Assembly: GCA_039679545.1 (NCBI GenBank)
Contig: JBDKUT010000072.1
Coordinates: 1-32,416 of the forward strand
DNA: 32,416 nucleotides
Reading direction: 5' to 3'
From: Thermotogota bacterium
Lineage (GTDB): Bacteria > Bipolaricaulota > Bipolaricaulia > UBA7950 > UBA9294
Shown here: one piece after another, positions 7,386 through 17,500 of the stretch
Position numbering within the stretch: the stretch's first letter is position 1
Layout of the letters: each line of letters opens with the position of its first letter
Translations under genes and position numbers: made by a program
The notes under the pieces: generated by a model
Database searches by the model: none
What the model was told of the DNA's origin: nothing
Seen by the model: the letters and a program-made list of their open reading frames with translations, nothing else

Positions 7386-7824
7386 GGAGGGCTGGTATCG
7401 GGGGTGCGAGATGTCTTACTCGCAGTTCAAACGATTCAACCTAGGCGCGAAATGTGAGGAGTATGTGAAGCCCGATTGAGGATTCAGTGGAACGGGCGCG
7501 AGCACGAAGGAAGTCGTGAATGAAGACAAGGAGGGAAGCGGGGGAGCGCATGGCGGCCGATGGTCCGCCGCGGTCGTTGGAGCCTTTTCCTACCCACCCT
7601 TCGTGTAGGGAGCTTTTCTCTGCGCCTGCCTTGCGCCTGCCTCCGTTCCCTCATCGAAGCTCGTTGCACGATTTTTCCCCCTCCGTCACGATCTCCGGCG
7701 TCGCAAGAAGCACACGTTGAAACAATGACCACGACGAGCGTGTTCATTTCTCGTAGGTGCAGCGCCTCGGTAGAGTCTTCTGGAACGTCGCGCCGGACGA
7801 CTCAGGCGCACACAGGGGGCGAAC

Positions 7825-10800
7825 ATGATCGTGAAGAACCGACAGAGTGTCTATTTCATCCTTCTCACCGCCGCCACGCTTCTCTCGGTGATTGGACTCT
7901 CGGGAGGTGCGGAGGACAAAGCCCTGGTGCCGACCGCCGGGCCTGTCGCTCCGACCGTCGTGCGCATCGTGCCCCAACGGGGCGAGGAGCTTCGCGCCGA
8001 CGCGGCCATCGTCCTCAGCTTCTCGACCGAGATGGACCGCGACTCCGTCGAGGACGCCGTCCGCCTGTCTCCCGAGGTGCCAATCCGATTCGAGTGGTCC
8101 GGTGGGCGCACGTTGCGGATTCTCCCCGCTACCGTGTGGTCGCGGGACGTCGAGTACGCCCTGACGGTCACGACGAACGCACGCGATCTCACCGGGGGTT
8201 CGTTCGCGGAATCCGCCACGTTTCGCGTTCGCACGGTCGGCTTCCTTGAAGTGACCCAGACCGCCCCCGCCGACGGGTCCACCGAAATCGCCACGACGAG
8301 CACCGTCGTCCTGACGTTCAACCGGCCCGTGGTCGCCCTGGCCGCTCTGTCGGATCCGCGCAGCGCGGAGCTTCCGAAGCCCCTCCATCTCACCCCCGAA
8401 GCCGCGGGCAGAGGGGAGTGGCTGAACACGTCCATCTACGTCTTTACCCCCGAACGGCCGCTGCGCGGCGGCACCCAGTACACGGCGACCGTACCCGCCG
8501 GATTGACTGACACCACGGGAGGACTCCTCGCCGTCGACGCATCGTGGACGTTCACGACGGAGCAGCCCAAGGTCGCGTGGACAACACCGGACTCCGGCGA
8601 GACCCTCGTCTCCATCAACACGATGGTTCGCATCGCCTTCAACATGCCGATCGGCGGCGCCGCCGCCGCCGATCACTTCTCTCTTCGTAAGGTCGGGCTC
8701 CTCGGGATTCCGGTCGGCCCGAAGGTCGAAGGAACCGTATCGACCGAAGGGAACGACGTCCTGTTCACGCCAAAGGCCTCGCTTGACTACGACACGGAGT
8801 ACCTCGCCACCCTCGAGCCCGGCGTGACGGGAACCGAAGGTGGGCTCGGGACCGAAGCGTTTACCACGTGGCGTTTCCGAACGGTTCCCCTGCCCCGCAT
8901 TGTCGGCACCTCGCCCGAGGACGGCGACGACAACGTCTACCCGTACGCGTCGTTCCTGATCAAGTTCAACACGCCGATCGACCCCGACACGGTGGTGAAT
9001 CACGTCACTGTGGAGCCGGCCCCGCCCCCGAGTGACCTCTCCTGGTACTACCGACCTTGGGACAACACGTACGTCCTCGATTTCGGCGCGGCTCCGAGCC
9101 GAACGTACGCCGTCCGCGTCAGCCCCGGCATCTCCGATCCCTACGGGAACAAGACCGCCGAGCGCCTCACCGTGAAGTTCAAGACGGCGGCCCTCGAGCC
9201 CTCCGCCTGGTTCCACGTCCCCGACCACGTAGCGACGTACAGCACGTACGAGCCGGCGCGTCTCTACGTCGGGCACCGCAACACGGACGAGCTCCAGCTG
9301 ACGCTCACCCGCATCGACACCGCCGCGTACTTCCGGGCGATGTCCGACTGGTACAACTTCAACCCTCCGGCGGAGGGGAAGCTGCGGTCCTGGGCGGTGT
9401 CGGTGACCTCCGCTCTGAACGAGGTCGCCTACGCTCCCGTAGACCTCGTCAAGGGGGGAGGCACCCTCGAGCCGGGGATCTACGTCGTCGACGTCCACGC
9501 AAGCGGCGTTGAGTGGGACCGCTGGCAGCACCGCCGCATCCTCATTGCAAGCCCTACGCACTTGACCCTCAAGACGTCCAGCGAGGAGACCCTCGTGCTC
9601 GCCACCGATCTCGAGACCGGTGCTCCGGTGGGCGGCCTGATCCTGTGGGCGCTCGACGGCGACGGCGAGCCGATCGATGTCGACGTTACCGACAGCCGCG
9701 GCCTGGCCCGATTCCCCGCCGCGGGAACGTACGACTGGCGCGGCTTGACGGTGATGGCTCGAAGTCCGTTCGTCCTTTCGAGTTCCGAGTGGAGCGACGG
9801 CGTCTCGCCGTGGGACTTCGACTTCTCCTCCGAATCGTCGCCGAAGACCCGCACGTACATCGACACCGACCGCCCGATCTACCGTGCCGACCAGACCGTG
9901 TTCTTCCGCGCGGTGCTGCGCGGTGAGAGCGACGTCCAGTACACCATTCCGAAACCGGGCAAGGCGACCGTAACGATCCTGGATCCGTCGTGGAACGCTG
10001 TCTACGCGAAGGATCTCGCCATCGACGAGTTCGGGACTGTGTCGGACGAGCTTGTGCTCGCAAAGGATGTTCCGCTCGGGACGTACTCCCTCCGCGTCGA
10101 CTGGGAGGAGGAGTCCGCGTACGCCACGTTCGAAGTCGCCGCGTACCGAGTTCCGGAGTTCGAGGTCACCGTCGAGGCCGTTCCTAGCGAGACGGCACAC
10201 GGCAACCCGATCGCCGGCACTGCTCGCGTGACCTACTTCTTCGGCGCGCCGGTGGCCGACGTTCCCGTCGAGTGGCGGGTCGTCTCGACGCCGTACACCT
10301 TTTCCCCGCCTCAGCTTGAGCGGTACACGTTCAGCGACGTCGACGATCCCTGGAGCTGCTTCGGATGCTGGTGGCGGGCGCCGTCGCCGGTCGTACCGAT
10401 CCTCGAGGGGACGGGGCGAACCGACGCCTCGGGCGCCCTTGTGATCGAGCTCCCGCCCGACATCGCGTCGCGACTGAACGATCCGGAAGACCCTCCCGCC
10501 ACCGACAGCCGAACCCTCACCCTCGAGGCAACAGCCCATGGCCGCGACGGCCAGGCCATCTCCGGCCGAGCCAGCGTCGTCGTCCACCAAGGCTCGTACT
10601 ACGTCGGCCTCGCCGCGGCGAAGACGATCGCCCGCGCCGGCGAGGAGATGCCCGTCGACGTCGTCACCATCGACTGGGCCGGCGCTCGCCTCGCGGCCCA
10701 GTCGCTCTCCTACACCGTGTACCGACGCGAGTGGTCGAGCGTCTTCGAGTCCAACAAGACCGGGGGCGGCCGCTGGACCTGGACGTCGTCGGACGTCGAG

Positions 10801-13800
10801 GTCGCCCGCGGCGCACTGACGACGGACGAGCGCGGCGAAGGTCTCGTCGCCTTCGTTCCCGAGCAGGGCGGGACCTACAAGGTCGCCGTCCAGGGGCTCG
10901 ACGAACGCGAGCGACGGATTCGCGCCGGGTTGTTCGTTTGGGTAAGTGGCCCGGAGAGCGTGTCGTGGAGACGCGAGAACGACGACCGCATCGCACTCGT
11001 GAGCGACAAAACGACGTACTCGGTCGGCGACACCGCGAAGATTCTTGTCCCGAGCCCATACCCGGGAACCCAGTGGGCGTGGGTGACGGTCGAGCGCGGC
11101 GGCATCCTCAGTCAACAGGTCGTCAAGCTGCCGTCGAACAGCGCCGTCCTCGAAATCCCGATTACCGAGGACGCCGTGCCGAACATCTACATCGGGGTTG
11201 TCCTCTTCCAGGGTCGCGCCACGGCCGTCGCCGCAGGGGCACCCCCCACCGCTGGGTGGAAGGTCGGCTACGTGGCTGTGTCCGTGAACCCGGCCCCAAG
11301 ACTCCTGTCGATCGCACTCGCCCCGTTGAGCGCCGCCCCGCAACCCGGCGACATCCTCAACGTGGCGCTGCGGGCGACCGACGCCGATGGACAGCCCGTT
11401 CGGGGGAGTTTCTCCCTCGACGTCGTCGACAAGGCGGTCCTCACGCTCCAGCCGCGGACGCCCAACCGGATCGCGGGCGAGTTCTTCGGGCGACGCGGCC
11501 TCGGCGTTCGCACGGCGGGCGGCCTGACGATCTCGCTGGGTCGCCTCGTGCTCGAACAGCAGGCCGATGTCGGACCCGTGGCCGCGGAGGGCGCTGGCAA
11601 GCGCTACAGCGTCGGTTCGGCGCTGCCGATGGCGGCGCCGATGGCGGAGGCGACGGCCTCCGACCTCGAGGAGGCACGTGGTGCTTCTGGACAGCTCCCC
11701 AGCGGAGTCGCTCTGCGCGAGGACTTCGCCGACACCGCGTTCTGGACGCCGGTCGTCAAGACCGACGCCGACGGACGGGCAACCGTCCAGGTCAAGCTTC
11801 CCGACAACCTCACGACGTGGATCGTCCGCGCCGTGGGCGTCACGACGCAGACCGAGGTCGGGGAGGCAACGGCCGACGTCCTCGTCACGAAGCCGCTCCT
11901 TGTTCGTCCAGCCGTTCCGCGATTCTTCGTGGTCGGCGACCGCGTTCGCCTCGCCGCTTCGGTCACGAACCAAACCCCCGACGTCCTCGCCGTCGAAGTC
12001 ACGATGGGCTCGACCGGCCTCACGGTCGAGGATCCGGCGGTCCGCACCGTCAACGTCCCTGCCCATGGAGAGGCGACCCTCACCTGGTGGGTGACGGTAA
12101 ACGACGTGCCGTTCGTTGATCTGGCCTGGAGTGCCGTCTCGGGGAAGTTGTCCGACGCCGCTCGGCCTCGCCTCACGACCGGCCCGGAGGGAACCGTCCC
12201 CGTGTACCGCTACACGGCTCCGGAAATCGTCGGAACCGCCGGCGTGCTCGCGGAGGCGGGCGGGCGTACGGAGACGATCGCACTCCCGCCCGAGTTCGAC
12301 GCGTCCCGCAGCCGCCTCGACCTCCGTCTCGACTTCTCGCTCGCCGCATCCCTGCGCGACGGTCTGTCGTACCTCGAGCACTTCGAGTACGAATGCACCG
12401 AGCAGGTCGTCAGCCGATTCCTTCCGAACGTGCTCACGTTCCGCGCGCTGCGACTTCTCCACCTCGACGACCCCGAGCTGACCGCGAAGCTCGACGACTT
12501 GGTCCTCCAAGGCCTCGAGAAGCTGTACACGCGTCAGAATGAGGACGGCGGATGGGGCTGGTGGGAGGGGGAGAAGTCCAACCCGCACCTCACAGCGTAC
12601 GCGACGTATGCGCTTCTCCGCCTTGGCGACGCCGATGTCGCCGTACGCCGCGACGTCGTCGACCGCGCTCTGAGCTTCCTGAAGGACGCCCTCGTGCCCG
12701 CGAAGGAACTCGACGCCGGGTGGGAGGCCAATCGCCAAGCGTGGATCCTCTACGTCCTCTCTCTCGGAAGCCCGTCGGAGAGCGTGAGGGCGTACGCCGA
12801 CGACCTGTTCACCGGACGAACCAAGCTGTCACACTACGCGAAGGCATACCTCGCCATGACACTCGACACCACGGCGCACGGCAGCGGGGCGGTTCGAACC
12901 CTTCTCTCGGATCTCACGAATGACGCGATCCTCTCCGCGACCGGCGCCCACTGGGAGGAACCCAACTACGACGGGTGGGCGATGAACACGGACACGCGAT
13001 CGACCGCCGTCATCCTCGACGCGTTCGCGAAGCTCGACCCGGAGAACCTGCTCGTCCCCAACGTCGTGCGTTGGCTCATGGTCGCCCGCAAGGACGGCAT
13101 CTGGGAGACGACCCAGGAGAACGCGTGGGCTCTCATCGCGCTCACGGACTGGATGGTCGTGAGCCGGGAGCTCTCCGCGAACTACGAATACAGCATCCTC
13201 TGGGATGGCGACGTGCGCCTCGAAGGAGTCGTGGCACCAGCCGGCGTCGAGACACCGGTTCGGGAGTCGATTCCCGGTGCAGAGCTTGGACCCGGCGATC
13301 TTCATCCGCTGACCTTCTTCCGCGGCCGCGGCGACGGAAAACTCTACTACACGGCCCACTTGTACGTGCAACTGCCCGCCGATCAGGTGAGTCCACTCGA
13401 TCGAGGCATCCTCGTCGATCGGCGGTACGTTGCCGCCGACTGCGCGGCCGACGCGACGTGCCCCGATGTCGTTGAGGCCGCCGTTGGGGAGACGTTCGAA
13501 GTTCGTCTAACGATCATCGCTCCCCATGACCTCTACTACGTGGTCCTCGAAGATCCGATCCCGGCGGGGTGCGAGGCGATCAACACGACGCTCGCGACCG
13601 AGAGCGTCGTGAGTTCCGATCCGTCGCTGTCGCGGGAGAGCGGACGTTCGCCGTGGTACTTCTGGTGGTGGTGGCGCTGGTACTCGAGGAGCGAGATCCG
13701 CGATGAGAAGGTGGTCCTCTTCGCCGACTACCTCCCCGCAGGAACGTACAGCTACGTCTACCCAGTGCGAGCGGTCCAGCCCGGCGCGTACAAGGTTCTG

Positions 13801-13884
13801 CCGGCGAGCGCTCACGAGTTCTACTTCCCCGAAGTGTTCGGTCGGTCAGCCGGAAGGGCGTTCACGGTGCTCCCCTCCGAGTAG
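7825..13884 (+). CDS. Bacterial alpha-2-macroglobulin family protein with N-terminal tandem Ig-like (Big_5-type) domains
   Basis: Signal peptide and about four Ig-like repeats. MG-domain motifs are TDRPIYR, YRVPEFEV, VDKAVL, REDFADTAFW and LPDNLTTW. The thioester motif CTEQ is at 12394-12405, followed by QNEDGGWGWW, ETTQENAW and the C-terminal EDPIPAGCE...YFPEVFGRS. Confidence 0.96.
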   Translation: MIVKNRQSVYFILLTAATLLSVIGLSGGAEDKALVPTAGPVAPTVVRIVPQRGEELRADAAIVLSFSTEMDRDSVEDAVRLSPEVPIRFEWSGGRTLRILPATVWSRDVEYALTVTTNARDLTGGSFAESATFRVRTVGFLEVTQTAPADGSTEIATTSTVVLTFNRPVVALAALSDPRSAELPKPLHLTPEAAGRGEWLNTSIYVFTPERPLRGGTQYTATVPAGLTDTTGGLLAVDASWTFTTEQPKVAWTTPDSGETLVSINTMVRIAFNMPIGGAAAADHFSLRKVGLLGIPVGPKVEGTVSTEGNDVLFTPKASLDYDTEYLATLEPGVTGTEGGLGTEAFTTWRFRTVPLPRIVGTSPEDGDDNVYPYASFLIKFNTPIDPDTVVNHVTVEPAPPPSDLSWYYRPWDNTYVLDFGAAPSRTYAVRVSPGISDPYGNKTAERLTVKFKTAALEPSAWFHVPDHVATYSTYEPARLYVGHRNTDELQLTLTRIDTAAYFRAMSDWYNFNPPAEGKLRSWAVSVTSALNEVAYAPVDLVKGGGTLEPGIYVVDVHASGVEWDRWQHRRILIASPTHLTLKTSSEETLVLATDLETGAPVGGLILWALDGDGEPIDVDVTDSRGLARFPAAGTYDWRGLTVMARSPFVLSSSEWSDGVSPWDFDFSSESSPKTRTYIDTDRPIYRADQTVFFRAVLRGESDVQYTIPKPGKATVTILDPSWNAVYAKDLAIDEFGTVSDELVLAKDVPLGTYSLRVDWEEESAYATFEVAAYRVPEFEVTVEAVPSETAHGNPIAGTARVTYFFGAPVADVPVEWRVVSTPYTFSPPQLERYTFSDVDDPWSCFGCWWRAPSPVVPILEGTGRTDASGALVIELPPDIASRLNDPEDPPATDSRTLTLEATAHGRDGQAISGRASVVVHQGSYYVGLAAAKTIARAGEEMPVDVVTIDWAGARLAAQSLSYTVYRREWSSVFESNKTGGGRWTWTSSDVEVARGALTTDERGEGLVAFVPEQGGTYKVAVQGLDERERRIRAGLFVWVSGPESVSWRRENDDRIALVSDKTTYSVGDTAKILVPSPYPGTQWAWVTVERGGILSQQVVKLPSNSAVLEIPITEDAVPNIYIGVVLFQGRATAVAAGAPPTAGWKVGYVAVSVNPAPRLLSIALAPLSAAPQPGDILNVALRATDADGQPVRGSFSLDVVDKAVLTLQPRTPNRIAGEFFGRRGLGVRTAGGLTISLGRLVLEQQADVGPVAAEGAGKRYSVGSALPMAAPMAEATASDLEEARGASGQLPSGVALREDFADTAFWTPVVKTDADGRATVQVKLPDNLTTWIVRAVGVTTQTEVGEATADVLVTKPLLVRPAVPRFFVVGDRVRLAASVTNQTPDVLAVEVTMGSTGLTVEDPAVRTVNVPAHGEATLTWWVTVNDVPFVDLAWSAVSGKLSDAARPRLTTGPEGTVPVYRYTAPEIVGTAGVLAEAGGRTETIALPPEFDASRSRLDLRLDFSLAASLRDGLSYLEHFEYECTEQVVSRFLPNVLTFRALRLLHLDDPELTAKLDDLVLQGLEKLYTRQNEDGGWGWWEGEKSNPHLTAYATYALLRLGDADVAVRRDVVDRALSFLKDALVPAKELDAGWEANRQAWILYVLSLGSPSESVRAYADDLFTGRTKLSHYAKAYLAMTLDTTAHGSGAVRTLLSDLTNDAILSATGAHWEEPNYDGWAMNTDTRSTAVILDAFAKLDPENLLVPNVVRWLMVARKDGIWETTQENAWALIALTDWMVVSRELSANYEYSILWDGDVRLEGVVAPAGVETPVRESIPGAELGPGDLHPLTFFRGRGDGKLYYTAHLYVQLPADQVSPLDRGILVDRRYVAADCAADATCPDVVEAAVGETFEVRLTIIAPHDLYYVVLEDPIPAGCEAINTTLATESVVSSDPSLSRESGRSPWYFWWWWRWYSRSEIRDEKVVLFADYLPAGTYSYVYPVRAVQPGAYKVLPASAHEFYFPEVFGRSAGRAFTVLPSE

Positions 13885-13911
13885 CCGGAAGCGCGGTGTG
13901 AGGTTCGCTGC

Positions 13912-14316
13912 CTACTTTCCGCGCAAGAGTTGGAGCGCGTGGAGGTTGTTCGAGCACGTGAAAACGACGAGGGCCGCCGTCCCCGTGCTCGAGGCCGTCG
14001 CGTAGAGATCGTGAAGCGTGATGTCGCGGCGCGCCATCGCCTCCGCGATCCGGCACAGGAAGCCAGGATGGTGCGGCATCTCGACGGTAACGACATCGCG
14101 CTCCTGGACGGAGAACCCCGCGTCACGGAGCGCGTCTCGCGCGTACGTCTGCGAGTTCGTGATGAGGTGGATCCAAGCGCGGTCCCCTTCAACGCGGACG
14201 TGGATGGCCGCGAGGTCAATCCCCATGTCGCAGAGGACGCGACTCACATCGGCGATCACGCCGACTCGATCCTCGTCCTCAATCACGATTTCCCGCAGCA
14301 GTCTCGCTTCGCTCAT
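13912..14316 (-). CDS. Stand-alone tandem ACT-domain protein
   Basis: Two ACT signatures, EDRVGVIADVSRVL..MGIDL and PHHPGFLCRIAEAM..RDITL. An SD (GAGGAG) lies upstream of the ATG. Confidence 0.85.
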   Translation of the reverse strand: MSEARLLREIVIEDEDRVGVIADVSRVLCDMGIDLAAIHVRVEGDRAWIHLITNSQTYARDALRDAGFSVQERDVVTVEMPHHPGFLCRIAEAMARRDITLHDLYATASSTGTAALVVFTCSNNLHALQLLRGK

Positions 14317-14531
14317 CGTTCCACTCCTCGAAGGTTCCTCGAGCGGACCGTTCCACGGTACTGAAAGCCCGGAGAGCCCGGACTCCCGCGTGGGCCGTGC
14401 GGACGGGACATTCGCCAGTTCCCTACGAACGAGGACGAACCACGGTCACCGCCACCGAAGACCAATGTCTCGGGCGCGTTCACTGCGGGTCCCGCAGCGG
14501 GAAACACCGCTCGGCTACGGTTCTTCTCGAC

Positions 14532-17500
14532 ATGGATACGCGCAGAAGGCGTGGATGGGCGCTCGCAGCCGCCGTGGCGGTTGCGGTCGGGGTGGCGTTC
14601 GAGGCCCTGGCCGGCGTCGACCTGACTCTTCTGTCTGCCGACAAAGAGGCGCGCTCCGGGGAGTTCGTGACTCACGTCTTCTCGATCACCAACACGGGGG
14701 GCACCTCGGAGACCTACAGCCTGTCGACTGGTCTTCCGGACGGCTGGACCGCTCTCGGAGTCCCATCCTCCATCACGCTCGGGGCCGGGGACGAAGAGAC
14801 GCTGTTTCTGACGATCACCATTCCATCCGGCGCCCGCGCCGGCGCGTATGTCGTTGAGATGACAGCGGAGTCAATGAGTGATCCCACCGCAACGGCATCT
14901 ACGTCCGCGAACGTCGCGATCGGTGTGAGCAACAAGATCGAGATCGTCTCCCCTCCCGAGGGGGAAGGGATCGCACCCGGACAGGAAAAGGTCTACGAGT
15001 TCGTCCTCGTGAACCGGGGCAACGCTCAAGAGGTCGTGGCGGTGTCGGCGGAGTCGTCGCGCGGGTTTCCCGTCGAGGTGTCCCCAACCTCGATCGAACT
15101 CGCGCCCCAAGAGCGACGGACGTTCGCCGTCCGGATCTCCGTGCCGCTCACTACGTCCGCGGGGCGCGACGTCCTCACGGTCACGGTGACGTCCACGCTC
15201 TACGCCGACGTCACCGCCGAGGCCGTCATGTTCACCTCCGTTCGTCCCCCGACACCGTCCGCCGTCGGCGGCTCCCTGATCGAGCTCCTCGCGGGGCGGC
15301 TCCGCATCGGCGTCGATCGCAGCGAAACAGACAACACGTGGAACAGCCGCCTCTCGTTCTCGACCTCTGGGCGCGTCCTCGGCGGCTACCTCTCCGCGTC
15401 CTTCAACGTCGCTTCACCGTTCGGTTCCGAACCGCTCGACGTCACCTCCTACCAGGTCCTCTACCGCCTGGACCCAACGTCGTTCGCGCTCGGCGACGTG
15501 TCGCGGATGCTCACGGACTTCGTCGACGTGACGTGCGAGGGTGCGTACGCGGCGTTCGACACCGCGTTCGTCGATCTCGACCTCGTCGGAGGAATCGACG
15601 AGGATGAGGCGCGGTTCGGCGGCTACGTGGCCCTCGGCCCGGAGGCCGCGAACTTCGGGATCGCGTACTCCGACGCGCGAAGCCCGACGACCCAGGAGTC
15701 AATCTGGAGCGCGACGGCCTTCGCCGAGCCGTTGCCGAACTGGACGCTGCGGATGGAGGGCGCCGTCGGAACCGACAACGGGCTCCTCGGACACGCCTTC
15801 TTCGTCAACACGACGATCGACACGACCGCCTACTTCCTCACGGCGAGTGCGTTCTCCGCCGATACGTACTTCCCGGGACTTCGCAGCGACTCCGCGGGCG
15901 TCGAAATCGCCCAGCGGTTGCGTCTGAAGGCGCTCTCCCTCGGCATCTCGCTCGCCCACGTGAAGGACAACGTCGTCGGCGATCCGGCCGTTGACACCAC
16001 GATCGAGGACTCCCTCGGGTTCAACCTCTTCGCTCGTCCAATCGCCGGCGGCCCCGAGCTGCGAACGACACTCGAGTTCGAACGCGACCACGGCGTGGAT
16101 CCGGCCGTCCAGGATGACGTCAGCCTCCTCGTCGCCTACAGCATGTCCCAGTCTGGCGGGACCTTCCCGTACGCCTTCGACGGCCAGGTTGTCGACCGGG
16201 TTGACCGCGTGACGGGAAGCCACGTTCGAACGCTGACCCACGCGCAGGGCGTTGGACTCTCCGTGGATGCGTTCTACGCCTTCTTGCGGCTGCGCCAGGA
16301 GACCTACGTCGACGTCGTCACCGGAGCCACGCTGTCGGCGACGTCCAACGTTTCCGTCGTTCTACGTCCCGAGGGAACGCTCCACGAGGCGTCGATCACA
16401 TTCCGCAACGAGCTCGACGACTACGACGTGGAGGCGTCGCTGTTCCTCCGGGCTTTCCGCGACGTCGACCTTGCACTCTCCAGCACCATGGCCTGGGACC
16501 GTGACGGTGTGACGCCTCCGTCGTTCGGGTGGGGAATCTCGGTGCGGGTGAACTTCGGCGTGCTCGTCCCCTTTCTCGTCACCAAGGGACGCATCGAGGG
16601 GCGGCTGTTCATCGATCGGAACGGAAACGGTACGTACGACGCGGGCGATCCGCCGGTCGAAGGAGCCGTCCTCGCCGTCGACGGCCGTCAGGCCTCAACT
16701 GACGTAGACGGCGCCTTCCGCTTTCCACCCCTGGCTCCCGGCACATACGATGTTGTGGTCACAGAGCTTCCCGCCGATGCCGCCGCTCGCGCCCCCATCC
16801 CGGTGACGCTCCAAACGGGCCAGCTCGTAAACCTCGCCGTCCCCGTGTCACCGGCAGTGATTCTCCGCGGCTACATTTACGAGGACGCGAATCAAGACGG
16901 AACCCGCCAGGACACGGAGGGCGGGCTGAGTGGGATTCGCCTTGTCCTGACAGGTTCCGACGGAGTCCCATTCACCGCTTCGTCGGACCCACGCGGCGAG
17001 TTCGCGTTCTACGACCTTGTGCCCGGAGCGTACGTCCTCTTCGTCGATTCCCGATCCCTGCCGGCGCGGTTTGCGTTCACGACCGCAGAGACGCTGCACG
17101 TCGACGTCACGGCGTTCGGCGCGCCTCCCGCTACGATCGGCGGCTACATCCGGCCGCGCGAGGTACTCGTTACCTACCAACCGCCGACGGCCGACTTCGG
17201 CTACGTTCCCGCCGTCCCTCCGGTCGGCGCCGCCGTCACGTTCGACGCGTCCGGCTCCTTCGACTTCGACGGATCGATCGTCGACTACGACTGGGACTTC
17301 GACGGAGATGGAACAGCCGACGCAAGCGGAATCTCCGTCGTCTACGCGTTCGACACCCCCGGCCGGAAGTCTGTCACGCTCACCGTGACGGACGACGCCG
17401 GCAACGTTGACAAGAAGACCGTTTCCATTGAGGTCCAGGAGCCTCCGGAAGCCGTCGCCCCGGTCGCGATCACGGGAAGCTACAAGCCGCCGATCGCCGA

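Noticed and set aside
7345..7400. GGGACGCAA resemblance to a c-di-GMP-I riboswitch
   Set aside because: The upstream GGCAAAC/GAAA stem and the P3 elements are missing. The match is simply the arm and loop of a perfect hairpin.
7411..7479. 22-aa plus-strand sORF MSYSQFKRFNLGAKCEEYVKPD after GGGGGTG
   Set aside because: It has no homology cue, and its start sits in a hairpin that overlaps the better-structured minus-strand element. It cannot be supported without ribosome profiling or conservation data.
7484..7747. Short ORFs in the intergenic region (87 aa on minus, 66 aa on plus)
   Set aside because: They have Arg/Pro/Ser-rich composition typical of non-coding GC-rich frames, with no motif support.
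7744..12738. 1664-aa minus-strand ORF
   Set aside because: It is the antisense shadow of the alpha-2-macroglobulin gene. It has no recognisable motifs, and long stop-free antisense frames are expected with strong GC codon bias.
14483..14497. Palindrome CTGCGGG-T-CCCGCAG upstream of the PKD protein gene
   Set aside because: It is a single GC-rich 7-bp inverted repeat, plausible by chance, and no second copy was seen.
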